DNA of 63,870 nt, counting the filler, from Octopus bimaculoides (taxonomy: Eukaryota): the NCBI RefSeq assembly GCF_001194135.2. It is 6 parts of 5 records of this genome, joined end to end, with 100 filler letters (N's around TTAATTAATTAA, not from the genome) between each part and the next. Parts side by side here need not be neighbours in the genome. Positions count along the whole stretch, not along the records: positions 52,215 to 58,108 come from NC_068986.1; positions 58,209 to 61,925 come from NW_026391249.1; positions 62,026 to 63,870 come from NC_068995.1; 3 more parts are not named here. One strand, given 5' to 3'. This document shows positions 52,115 to 63,870 of the stretch, piece by piece. Position 1 is the first letter of the stretch. The number at the start of each line of letters is the position of its first letter. A program made the position numbers and the translations under genes. Below the pieces are notes generated by a model, which did not search any database, was not told the origin of the DNA, and saw nothing but the letters and a program-made list of their open reading frames with translations.

Positions 52115-52214
52115 NNNNNNNNNNNNNNNNNNNNNNNNNNNNNNNNNNNNNNNNNNNNTTAATTAATTAANNNNNNNNNNNNNNNNNNNNNNNNNNNNNN
52201 NNNNNNNNNNNNNN

Positions 52215-53900
52215 CCTCTCCGGAACACCAGCTCGCCCGATCTGTCTTTTTGTAGCTTCAGCCCCAGCGCAGCTCCCCCCACCAACGACTCAGGCGGCTT
52301 CGCAATCAGCCCGAACCTCTCCAGGTGTCTCACTACCTCGGTGGCTGGCACTACAGTCTCGTCAACCAAAATGTCGTCGATGTAGGAACTGGTGGCCTTC
52401 CTTATCCTCCTCTTTCCCTAGGACGAATTTGAGCACCATCGCCATAATTTTCGGAGCGGAATTCAGCCCGAAACCCAGCCTGGTTAAATAGTACGTCCGG
52501 TCCTTGTACCGCACCAGCTGGTATCGCCACAGCTTGTCACTCACACGGAGCTGCAAATATGCCGACTTCAAGTCGACGATCGTCGCTGCCCCGGTCGACT
52601 GTCTCCACACACGTAACGNNNNNNNNNNNNNNNNNNNNNNNNNNNNNNNNNNNNNNNNNNNNNNNNNNNNNNNNNNNNNNNNNNNNNNNNNNNNNNNNNN
52701 NNNNNNNNNNNNNNNNNNNNNNNNNNNNNNNNNNNNNNNNNNNNNNNNNNNNNNNNNNNNNNNNNNNNNNNNNNNNNNNNNNNNNNNNNNNNNNNNNNNN
52801 NNNNNNNNNNNNNNNNNNNNTCACACTGCTTTCTCCACTCCACGTCTCTACCACTCCCGGAGTCATCAGGGTCGTTGTACAACCCGTGTCCACAAGGGCA
52901 CGCGACATCTTCCCATCCACTAGCACATCAACAACAGGTAGAAAAATTTGCGCCGTTAATGATCTGAAAAGGAGACCGCTGGCGCAGTAGACTCCCTTAG
53001 ACCGTTTCCCTGCAGACATTCGGTGGCTATATGCCCCGTTTCACGACAACGGCTTAGGTAACTTACAGTCTCGCACCATGTGCGGGCCCTGACACCGGAA
53101 ACACTGACCTTTGAACGGACGCGCNNNNNNNNNNNNNNNNNNNNNNNNNNNNNNNNNNNNNNNNNNNNNNNNNNNNNNNNNNNNNNNNNNNNNNNNNNNN
53201 NNNNNNNNNNNNNNNNNNNNNNNNNNNNNNNNNNNNNNNNNNNNNNNNNNNNNNNNNNNNNNNNNNNNNNNNNNNNNNNNNNNNNNNNNNNNNNNNNNNN
53301 NNNNNNNNNNNNNNNNNNNNNNNNNNNNNNNNNNNNNNNNNNNNNNNNNNNNNNNNNNNNNNNNNNNNNNNNNNNNNNNNNNNNNNNNNNNNNNNNNNNN
53401 NNNNNNNNNNNNNNNNNNNNNNNNNNNNNNNNNNNNNNNNNNNNNNNNNNNNNNNNNNNNNNNNNNNNNNNNNNNNNNNNNNNNNNNNNNNNNNNNNNNN
53501 NNNNNNNNNNNNNNNNNNNNNNNNNNNNNNNNNNNNNNNNNNNNNNNNNNNNNNNNNNNNNNNNNNNNNNNNNNNNNNNNNNNNNNNNNNNNNNNNNNNN
53601 NNNNNNNNNNNNNNNNNNNNNNNNNNNNNNNNNNNNNNNNNNNNNNNNNNNNNNNNNNNNNNNNNNNNNNNNNNNNNNNNNNNNNNNNNNNNNNNNNNNN
53701 NNNNNNNNNNNNNNNNNNNNNNNNNNNNNNNNNNNNNNNNNNNNNNNNNNNNNNNNNNNNNNNNNNNNNNNNNNNNNNNNNNNNNNNNNNNNNNNNNNNN
53801 NNNNNNNNNNNNNNNNNNNNNNNNNNNNNNNCTATGCGACTACGTCCGTGTCGCCGCAAAACGGCTTAATTATGTCACTAGCAATCCTGACTACACTCAT
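52215..53900 (-). mobile_element. Ty3/Gypsy-like LTR retrotransposon internal region (gag, protease, RT), broken by gaps
   Basis: gag start MSVVRIASDIIKPFCGDTDVVA (ATG at 53900); zinc knuckles CFRCQGPHMVRDC and RCRETGHIATEC; protease ALVDTGCTT; RT VDLKSAYLQ, LGFGLNSAP, YIDD. GC content is well above background. Confidence 0.9.
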
Positions 53901-53914
53901 AATTTTTTTTTTTT

Positions 53915-54212
53915 TCTTATGGGCCGAAATAGCTTGTGGTGCGATGGAGGAAGAAGACAACAAGAAGCAAAAGGACAGAATGAAGCGTTGGACCTTACCT
54001 TGCCGACCGCAGCGGGGTACACGATCGCACCTAATCAGAACACGTCTTTCTCGTAAAGTCGCTGTTTTCTCACTGGCCCCACGTGCTAGCCTTCGACCGC
54101 GTGTCGCCGACTTCCGATCTGACCCTTCCGGTTTGGCCCTTCTGGTCTGGCTTCACCTCTGTTTGCCTCACCCCTCTCCACCTCAACACATAGCTCGTCA
54201 CAGCCCATAACA
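53915..54212 (-). mobile_element. Putative 5' LTR (~298 bp) of the Gypsy element
   Basis: Minus strand starts TGTTATGGGC and ends GCCCATAAGA (terminal inverted repeat, CA end altered). It lies immediately upstream of gag. Confidence 0.7.
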
Positions 54213-55354
54213 CCACATATATAAATACACCCATGCAAATATACATACACAAACCTACATTCAGATATCTAGATATATGTATAGCGTTATATAATATAGC
54301 AAGTGAATAAAAGAAGACATTTTGTTTCTCTAAATTTCTTTTTTTCTTGAATTCCATATTTTGTGTTTGATTGAAAGAGATGTGGTGGATATTTTCCCCT
54401 TCAACAAGCAGAGCCTGACACGACTGCTCTTTCTACTTTTTATTTTGTGTACGTCAAAACTTTGATCGCTCTTGGTCCTACTCCACTTTTATGCCTGGCA
54501 CCCTTCTCACGCTATACAAATAGTCCACTGAAGTATTTAATTGTATAAACACTTTAGAACATGAACAATGAAGCACTCAAGTCTTTGTGAGAACGAATGG
54601 GGAATAATGAGAAAAATTTAGGACAAGCCTATGTGTATTCGTTTTATTCTGTTACTTGTTTCAGTCGCTGGATTGTGGTCACGATAGGGTACTGCCTTGA
54701 AAATATTAGTTGATCAAATCACATCCAGTAATTGTTTTTATTTCATTCTGTTTTTTCATCATCATCATCGTTTAACGTCCACATTCCATGCTATCATGGG
54801 TTGGACGATTTGACTGGGGACTGGTGGACCAGGTGGCTACACCAGGCTCCAATCTGATCTGGCAGAGTTTCTACAGCTGGATGCCCTTCCTAACGCCAAT
54901 CACTCCGAAAGTGTAGTGGGTGCTTTTACGTGCCACCGGCACGAAGGCCAGTCAGGCGAAAGTTTGATATTTATTCTATCATTCTCTTGCTGCTGAATTG
55001 CTAAGTTATGAGGACATAAACAAACCAACAATGGTTTCAAATGCTGAGAGACCAAATACAACGATTTGTGTATCATAGATACATATATTTCACTTAGCTA
55101 TTTTTCTTTTAATTGTGCCAATTTACCTTGGCTGATAAACATGTTCAAAGAACTACTGTTGTGCTAATGATGACTATCGAGGTAGAAACATGAACCAACA
55201 GTTGTCTTTGTTCTAGACAGACAAAATCTTGACTCTTGAGATTATCTCTCCTCATTTGGTGCTGGTTATTTCCACCAAACAGTTCTATCTTCTCTGGAAG
55301 CAGAGATAATATCAATAAATCAATTTATCTTGTAGGGATAAAAGATAAAGATAA

Positions 55355-55570
55355 ACTCACAGGGCCAGTTTCCGTGGCGTATATATTCCCCACCTGGATC
55401 GGACACCAGTCCGTTGCAAAATTACTCCTTTTTTCAAGCTGTGTGATAAGAGCAACGTGAAATGAAATATTTTCCTCAAGAAAACACAACGCACAGTCTG
55501 GTTCAGGAATTGAAACCACAATCTTATGATCATGAGTCCAACACCCCTATCACTAAGCCACGCGCCTCTA
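55355..55570 (-). mobile_element. SINE family F (tRNA-like head, CORE-like centre, different tail)
   Basis: Minus strand gaggcgcgtggcttagtgatagg...gtttcaattcc...ttgtgttttcttgaggaaaatatttcatttcacgttgctc; head and centre resemble 19683-19810. Confidence 0.7.
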
Positions 55571-55978
55571 CAAATTTATTGTGTACATTATATAATATAC
55601 TCTTATTCGGTTTTGCTGTTCAGATAAATGGAACTGGTCACTTTGAGTTGTTTCTCTTAGCTTATATTTCACACACACACAAGCATGCATGCTCGCATGC
55701 AGCATCGATACACATCGTTTTTGTAATTAGTTTGCACGATTCTTGATGTGAACTTGTGTGTTGAAATAGATTTTGTTGTATCTTGGGTGGATCACTATGC
55801 TAACAATGAACACACGCATTGGAGTAGAGAAGGCATGTCATTGAAGATGTTGCGAATAATTGATTGATTGACTGAATGACCAGTCAAACGAGTGATTAGT
55901 TTGACAATTGACAAATAATAAAGTGAAATAAAGCCAGTGCGTATGGATATTATTGGCATAACGACCCTCCTGAAATAC

Positions 55979-56017
<39 letters not shown>

Positions 56018-56018
56018 A

Positions 56019-56270
56019 TCCTACATATTAAAACTGAAAATGTCTCTGTGTGTGTGTATCGGTATGTCCTCATTTTGCGCCAAAACGGCTCGACCGATTT
56101 TTCTTAAACTTCACAGACACATTGCTTATGTGTCTGGGGAGGTTTTAAGTATAAATTGATTTTGAAAAAATGTTTGGGTAAACAGTGGGAGGAATAACAT
56201 TTGGGCGCAGTTGAACGGCAGGCGTAAATATTTTAAGCTTCCAAGGGAAATAACCCATTCCATCCTTCGT
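56019..56270 (+). mobile_element. Possible Helitron-like non-autonomous element 5' end
   Basis: a|TC start, then tattaaaactgaaaatgtct(gt)n...aaaacggctcgaccgattttt..aaactt. This resembles invertebrate Helitron-like repeats from recall; no 3' CTRR end identified. Confidence 0.4.
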
Positions 56271-58208
56271 AAATTATTTGGTAAAAATGAAATTGAGTAT
56301 ACTTACTTCTTAGTATTTGAACTATTTTAGTTATTTTCTCAATTTATCCAGTACAAGGCTTAAACAAGTTAATAGTATTCTCCTAAACTATAGCTCCACT
56401 TATTTTGGTTAGTCACTTATCCACGAATATAACAGCATTGAAGCCTCGACTTCTTACACGGCATGTGCCTCTCCTCCGGCTCTGCATTGCCGCCGCAACT
56501 TCTTGTTACAACACCTCAACTACTGTGTACCTTGACTATGAACTGGTATTTTACCATCCTTGTGTCTGGACATTCTTCTAAATTCATTATAGACTCTTTT
56601 CTATGCTCTGTATTTCTCGCACACGCATACATCCATGTTTGTATACACATATACTTGGTTTACAGGGCAGCCTGTCTATTATTATGTTTATATGTTGCAC
56701 TCACACACACAGACATACACAAGTTGACATATCAATAAAATCTTCTCTTAAGCCTTCTACCAGTTGTGTCTCTCTTTTCCTTCTGACATTTATACAGCAT
56801 TTATCTTCTTTTCATATTTTTATTTGTATCGACCGTGCGATGTACTAAAGGAGCCATTCCTTGTCACCTCTCCTGGTCGCACGGTCGTTACATATGTGAA
56901 TGGAAGATGTTAGGGAGATTAGTAGACCATAGAAACAGATCAAACAGCTAAAGATATGAGCAACAAAGGGAAGAAAAGATACAATGGATGTCAAAGACAC
57001 AGTATTGATGACATGCAGTAGTGTTGGGTGTCATGTACAAATATTTTGCCTTTTAGTGGAATGAGTGTAGACTGTTCTAACAACAGAGGGAGGGGAAAGA
57101 AAATGTAAGTGTGGTTTATGGTTGGGTAGCAACAAGTCTGATATGGGCTTGTAAGCAAGGAAAGGTCAGAGTGTCAGCTGTAGATAATAAATAAACAGGG
57201 TGACTGAAATTGTTGACGGTGAAATCTGTGAAATCGTTTCGCTCTGAGGCAAATATTATACGACCTATTTTTCCAACAATGAGTTGCTTGAGGTGTGCTT
57301 TACCATCAAGCTTGATGTACTATAAAAAAAAGTTCAAGGTAATTTTTTAGTTAGGCATACTATTCAGTGAGTACTGTGAGTCACAGTTTGTCCATTACTG
57401 CTCTTCTGTTATCTCTACATGAGCAGACATACGCTCAAATGTGTCTCCATCGTGGCTGTCCTGTCTTTGCATATCAGGAACTAAGATGAATAGGGTGTGA
57501 TTAAGAGATTTAGTTTGAGATTCGGTTGCTATTTTTAGCAGGTTAGACCACTGTGTAGTGTCACTTTAGTATTCGATCTCAGTGTATGTTTTCACCAGAT
57601 TACTCCCTTCTCCTCTAACCTACTTAACTTTGCCATACTTGGTTATTTTCCTTCATTATTACATTCTATCGCTTCTTGGTTTTCCTTCATTAAGCTTATA
57701 TACTGTAAAACTCCAAGATTAGAGTCAGCTAGTAGGCACAGGCGTGACTGTGTGCTAAGAAGTTTGCTTCCTAATTATATGGTTCCGGGTTCAGTCCCAC
57801 TGCATGGTACCTTGGGTAGGTATCTTCTACTATTGCTCTGGACCGACCAAAGCCTTGTAAGTGGATTTGGTAGACAGAAATTGAAAGAAGTCCGTTCGGC
57901 TGTCCATTCATCCGTCCATCTGTCCGTCCGTCCGTCCGTCCGTCCGTCCGTCCATCTGTCCATCCATCCATCCGTCCATCCATGTGTACGTGTGTCTGCC
58001 CCCGTCCCACTTGCCAACCATTGTTGGTGTGTTTATGCCTTCGTAACACTAGCGGTTCGCGAAAAGAGGCCGATTGAATAAGTACCAAGCTTTACAAATA
58101 TATATATANNNNNNNNNNNNNNNNNNNNNNNNNNNNNNNNNNNNNNNNNNNNTTAATTAATTAANNNNNNNNNNNNNNNNNNNNNNNNNNNNNNNNNNNN
58201 NNNNNNNN

Positions 58209-58245
<37 letters not shown>

Positions 58246-58669
58246 CAACAGGCTTCTTTCAGTTTCCGTCTACCACATCCACTCAAAAGGCTTTGGTCGG
58301 TCGGCCCCAGACAATAGTAGAAGACGCTTGCACATATACGAATGAGTGGACAAACGAAAGAGGGGCACTTAACACATTTATTGGGAGTGATAGGTAAGGG
58401 TCGAACCAGTTCGATTCTAATTCCTTGGTTCTTTAAGTTGCAAAGCGTGATGCTAATCCGCCAGTTCCACTTTGAAACTTGGAATTCCAAGGAATTTGAA
58501 TGAAACTGTTTTGATCAAGATATATATATATATAGTATATATAAATATTACATAAATATATATGCATACATACACATATATATGAAATATATAGTTTAAT
58601 TAGAGCTTGTTATTAACAATAACTTACATTAATGTAGTGCTCGTTGGGGGCTATATTCAAATAATATAA

Positions 58670-58939
58670 TGGAGGCAACACAGGTGAAGTTTAAAAGAAC
58701 ATACTTGAAATACGCATCCAAAACTTATATAAATACATATATTCTCTATAAAATGGAAATAAAATTCCTAAATACACAAATATATATAAATAGACATATC
58801 AATGCAATCGTATTTTATGCCTTGCATTGATATTGTCTATTTATATATATTTGTGTATCTTGGAATTTTATTTCCAATTTATAGAGAATATATGTATTTA
58901 TATAAGTTTTGGATGCGTATTTCAATTGTGTCGCCTCCA
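58670..58939. repeat. Long near-perfect inverted repeat (fold-back)
   Basis: Arms 58705-58807 and 58822-58925 around a 14-nt loop, plus an outer pair tggaggcaacaca / tgtgtcgcctcca. Confidence 0.9.
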
Positions 58940-59428
58940 TAATGATATTATCTGTACAGTATGTACATACATGTATTTGTATATACATGCATATATGGGC
59001 ACAGGACACCACGGAACGTAAACAACATAAACTAAGCATAAAATACGAAAACAACATGACATACGAAATACGACAACATGGAATACGAATTTGTTTGTTT
59101 TTTGCTTTTGCTAACAACGGAAGAAACAAACGGAAAACAAGACAAGCAACACGAACAAGTAAAATCGGAAGGTACCGCACATAGAAGACTGGAGATGAAA
59201 AAACAAGGTTGGTCATTCTCCTAAAATTCTGTATAGATATTTAATTATGATTTCTGGTAAACTTATAAAGAATTATGAATTTATTTTACTGCCTATTTTG
59301 AACACTTTTATGTAAACTTTTTAAACACAAAGCTTCGCTTAACATTTTCGGATCATTGTCAAAGTATCTATTTCTTAACATTTTCTTATCATTGTAAAAG
59401 ACTCTATCACTGTATTTTAATGCGTCTA

Positions 59429-59845
59429 GGAGGGTGAATCAAAAAGTAATGCCATTTGGTTTAGGACAGGTGTAATCACCAACACAGGAACATGTATCAT
59501 ACATCAAAATGAAGCTGGTTTTCTGTGGATCACATCCCTACTTCTCAACATAGTCACCGTTTCTCTCAATAGCAATGTTCCACCTTCGAATGAGTGCATG
59601 TATCCCTGCCCCGTAAAATTCTGTTGACTATTCTTTGAGTCACTTCTTCACTACAGTTTTCACTTCCTTATCACTGGAGTAATGTTTGCCTCTCAAACCT
59701 TCTTTCATGAGGCCGAAGAGATGATAGTCTGAAGGCGCTAAATCTGGTGATAATGGAGGATGCGGTAAAGTTGTCCACCCGGATGAGGCGATTGACTCCC
59801 TTGTCTTGGTGCTTGTGTGTGGTCGAGCATTGTCATGCAGGAGAT
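59429..59845 (-). mobile_element. Mariner (DD34D) 3' remnant with TIR
   Basis: LLHDNARPHT...TLPHPPLSPDLAPSDYHLF...RRWNIAIERNGDYVEK* (stop at 59538-40); TA followed by a gagggtgaatcaaaaagtaatgcc terminus. Confidence 0.9.
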
Positions 59846-59949
59846 TGATTAGCTCGACCGAAGATTGATTAGCTCGATCGCACTACTCGAAAGAGGATGA
59901 AAATGCATGGTGCCTAAGGCAAACGTACACCCTGAGGCAAATGTACACT

Positions 59950-60760
59950 GGCCTACATGAAGATAAGTAATAGTGGACGTCGTCTGAGTAGTGTGCCGGA
60001 ATGCATCAGCAGTGAAAGAAGAAACATGGCAGAGTGTTTGGTAAACATCGAAGAAGACCTGCGACAGTATTCTACTAATGCAACAGGATTTACAAGCGAC
60101 AGAGTGGAGAATGCAAATGAATTCCGATCACGAACAACCAAGGAGAGAGAAAAGAAACACTACTCCGCATGGAATTACATGGTCAGGTCCACCGTGAAAC
60201 TAACAACTTAAAATATTAGGAAGAATCATGAAGGTAGCTCAACAAGAGTGACCATAAAATAAAGATTGAAGGCATAGCCAATGCTGCCCAGGTCCAGGCA
60301 TTGAATATCAACTCAACGAAAAGTGATATAAGCCACACAAGTACAACGAACCTCTGCATAATGTGTGGGAAGAGGGTCGAAAGCGTGACTCGGATTGTTA
60401 GTGCTTGTGAAAGTCTTTCGCAGAAATAGTACAAGCGTAGACACGACAAGGTAGCCCAGAACATCCACTGGCTACTTTGCTGTGAGTATGGTAATGGACG
60501 AAAAGGGGAAGGCAAAAATGCTTTGGGACTTTGATGTCCAGACAGACAAGGTGTTAGAGCACCGAAGGCCGGATACAGTAACCTTTAGGAGGGAGAAACA
60601 AGAATGCCTAATAATCGACGTGGAAATGCCAGATCAACATATTATCATGAAAGAAAGAAAAGATTGAAAATATGGAAACCTAAGAATTGAGATCTATAAG
60701 ATGTGACAGCTACGGGGGTCAAATATGAAGTTTGTCTCTGTTGTCATTGGAGCATTGGGT
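59950..60760 (+). mobile_element. Decayed R4/Dong-like non-LTR C-terminus
   Basis: ELHGQVHRET; IEGIANAAQVQAL; CIMCGKRVESVTRIVSAC; YKRRHDKVAQNIHWLLC; LWDFDVQTDKVLEHRRPDTV...LIIDV; VVIGALG. Confidence 0.8.
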
Positions 60761-61143
60761 GGCTGACGATATGTGCATCTCTGATCATGAGCAGAAGCAT
60801 TGGGGGAGCATCATAGTCATGTGTTGAGAGGAATTCTTTGGGGTTTGGATAATTCACCTCTGGAAACATGGGTGTTTTGCTCAACATCCTTAAATAACTC
60901 TTATTCAGAGACCTTTTGATTGAGATGGACGACTCGACCTGAAGAAAATTATAACTGGGCCCCACTTGCGAGGTCATGTGCTGTTTATCTTGATATGAGA
61001 TCACCATGTCATGCACATATGGTTGTGATACATGTGCCTAGTATACTCTTATCAGACGGGTAGTCATGATGGGTATACTGGGTTTCGTATATTTTACCCC
61101 AGTGTCACTTTGATAACATGCACAGCTCTCTCACTTAATAATA
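60760..61143. mobile_element. Unclassified interspersed repeat; partial second copy at ~7958-8065
   Basis: ggctgac-atatgtgcatctctgat...ggggagcatcatag..atgtgttgagagg-attctttgggg is shared between the two sites; the element ends in (AAT)n on the + strand. Confidence 0.65.
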
Positions 61144-61360
61144 ATCAGTTCTACTGGAGGACCAAGGCCTCAAATTTGTGGGGTGGGGATTAGTCGATTA
61201 TATTGACCCCAGTGTTTAATGGGAATTAATTTATCGACGCCGAAAGGATGAAAGGCAAAATCGACCTCCGCGGAATTTGAACTCAGAACGTAGGTAGTGG
61301 TAGACTAAATACCAGTAAGCATTTCGCTCGTCGTGGCAACGATTGTGTCAGCTCATCGCC

Positions 61361-61394
<34 letters not shown>

Positions 61395-62107
61395 GAAATA
61401 ATAATCACAAAATTAACACAACACAATAATGAGATATATAAGAGGAACATGTATGTGTGTGCTCATGTATGTATGTGTGAGTGTACTCGTCTACGTGCTC
61501 CTCTGTTCGTGCGCATGTGCGCGCGCTTTCATTCGTTGCTGATTTCGCAAATCATGGAGATTCTGCCTTAAATAATTAATTTTATTTCAACCTAGCTAAC
61601 AGCAATGTGGATATTAAGACGATGGTGGATCTAAATGTGCGCTTTATAGCAATCGCAGACATGTAATAAAACAACATTAAAGGAGAAACAAAAATAACAA
61701 AAAAAAAAACACGAAATAAATTAGCGTTCTTTTCTGGTTTTTTTTTTTTTTTTGGTTCTTGTTATTCTTTTGGCTAATTGCAACCCACGCCAAAATGAAG
61801 GAAATCCGTATTTCGTGTGTGAATATATGAATGTTTGCATGTATACGTGCGCGCATGGAACTATTCATATATGCCATATGTATATATACACATGTATATA
61901 TATATGTATATATGTATATACATACNNNNNNNNNNNNNNNNNNNNNNNNNNNNNNNNNNNNNNNNNNNNTTAATTAATTAANNNNNNNNNNNNNNNNNNN
62001 NNNNNNNNNNNNNNNNNNNNNNNNNATGATCGGCCATTATTATGATTGACCGTTGACTGAACACTATTCAATTTTTTTTCTCCGTGTTTTTCTCCTTGTC
62101 TCCGTAT

Positions 62108-62144
62108 TCTTTCTGTTGAAGAGCGTAGCTCGAAACGTCAAAGA
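62108..62144 (+). ncRNA. Minimal type I hammerhead-like motif with variant core, inside a short repeat-like segment (~62026-62255)
   Basis: TCTTT (stem I)-CTGTTGA-A-GAGC/GCTC (stem II)-GAAAC-GTC-AAAGA (stem I'). Both stems pair perfectly; core position 6 is U instead of A. Confidence 0.6.
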
Positions 62145-62288
62145 CTTTCCGTATTCCCGAGCGTCATACTAATATATACTTTTGTTATTTACACCACCTG
62201 TCCTCGTCTGTTGTTATTTTTTGTATATTCTCCCATATACATATACATACATACATATACATACATACACCACACATACGCGCGCGTG

Positions 62289-62327
<39 letters not shown>

Positions 62328-62939
62328 CAGCCTTCTTTCAGTTTCCTTCTACCAAATCCCCTCACATGGCTTTGGTTAGCCTGAGGCTATGGTAGAAGAC
62401 TCATGCCCAAGGTACCACGCAGTGGGACTGAACCCAGAACGATGTGGTTGGGAAGCAGACTTCTTACCACACAGCCACTCCACCTTGTGTGTGTGTGTGT
62501 GTGTATACACACACACACACAATAGTTCTGGATATGGCATTAAACTGCATCTGGTGGCCACAGTTCAGGACTTCTGAACCTGTGGGGGAGCGTGGAGCCA
62601 CCCATTAATTACTGTTACTCTCCAGTTCGTATTGTTTGTGTTCAGTAGCCATTTTGAAAGCGAAAATGTCGGAAGGGCGTGAGCACGGTCGCTTCTTCCA
62701 TACCAATCCTGTGTGGAGCATGAATACGATCTCTTCGTTCAGATCAATCCAGTAAAAAAGAAAAAGAAAAAAAAAGACATGGCCCATGGCAATGTAAAAT
62801 CGTTAATAAATTAGAAAATAGAGGGCGATCGATTATATCTGCTTGAGTGTCTGGCTGGCTCTACGTCTGCCTGTCAGTCTGCCTCACCTTTTGTCAATTT
62901 GTCTGGTTCTATGTTTGCTTGTTTGTTTGTTTGTTTCTC

Positions 62940-63087
62940 TTTTTCTCTTTACACCCCCTCTCTCTCTCTCTCTCTCTCCCTTCTCTGTATCTCTGTATGT
63001 CTGTCTGTCTGTCTCTGTCTGTTTCTGTCTATCTGTGTGTTTCTGCCTGCCTGTCTGTCTGTCTGTCTGTCTCTCTGTCTCTGTCTC

Positions 63088-63130
<43 letters not shown>

Positions 63131-63160
63131 CTCCCTTTCTCTGTCTCTGTTTCTCTCCAT
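62940..63160. repeat. (CT)/(CTGT)n pyrimidine-rich tract
   Basis: Direct inspection. Confidence 0.9.
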
Positions 63161-63870
63161 TTCCCACAATATAGACTTATATAAAACATAAGTGTCACAT
63201 CCTCTGATTAAAGACTAATTAACAACCCCCACACTACTACCACTCCCACCATCGTAAAAAGAACGAGAGCCTCTCGAGTCAACGATGCGACCTCACCGAT
63301 TCGTGACTGCTTTACTTGCTAGAAATAGCAGACAAGTCTCAAACAAAACGCTACTCAAAATAAATAAATAAATAAAAAGGAAGGATGATTTTAGTGTTAC
63401 GCAGCAAATGGTAAAGGTGGATGGTCACAGCTGGACTACTTTTTTACCACACGTAACTATAAAAACTGATACATGTGGTGGGGTTTCTAAACATCAAAAA
63501 CAACTATACTACAAATATTAAACACCACCATCACCACCACCACCACTTTAAAAAAGAGGAAATAAAAGTGTTAGAAATGGAAGCTATTGAGAGCCAGTCA
63601 TATATTGTGAATGGCCTAGAATACAGCGAACAAGTGGTCAGAAGTATTCACCTGACCACCACTCCCTCTCCACCTCTCACACCAAATACCTAAGGTGATT
63701 ACAGAATAGTGTCGCCATCTTGACCTCTTATCTCCCACCTCCGCGTTCCTCTTCATTTCTCTGATTCCATGCAGTCGTCCAGTCTGTAGTGATTTATTAC
63801 ATCTCATACATATGTGCATATATCACACACACACACACAAACATACACGCACACACACGCACACACACAC

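Noticed and set aside
52115-52214. Gypsy inserted into the Penelope element
   Set aside because: The junction is an artificial spacer, and no Penelope sequence resumes beyond the LTR at 54212.
62600-62790. Short ORF or transposon 5' region near gccattttgaa
   Set aside because: No TIR partner or recognisable transposase translation.

Overview
AT-rich eukaryotic non-coding DNA, dense in repeats and microsatellites, with many assembly gaps. From the SINE families and microsatellite load it is probably an octopus-type cephalopod genome (inference from recall, not a search). I found no host protein-coding gene, rRNA, true tRNA or CRISPR array. Most ORFs in the track are microsatellite or N-run artefacts. 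Recognisable content: (i) dozens of tRNA-headed SINE copies from several families, which I label A/B/C/F; (ii) decayed non-LTR remnants (CR1-like, RTE-like, three R4/Dong-like elements with a restriction-like endonuclease); (iii) a Penelope-like GIY-YIG fragment; (iv) a Ty3/Gypsy-like LTR element with gag zinc knuckles, protease, RT and one LTR; (v) several Tc1/mariner remnants and MITEs. The best leads are three. First, minimal Penelope-type hammerhead ribozyme motifs in three unrelated short repeats, one of them inside a Pol III tRNA-headed SINE arranged as an inverted pair (14.2-14.65 kb). Second, a Gypsy LTR with no visible tRNA primer-binding site but an in-phase -1 frameshift signal. Third, a ~270-bp fold-back at 58.7 kb and a ~7-kb SINE-free interval holding promoter-like islands (27-34 kb). 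Five identical 100-bp N44-TTAATTAATTAA-N44 spacers are assembly artefacts, so adjacency across them is unproven. Repeat boundaries are approximate unless a TSD or TIR is quoted.
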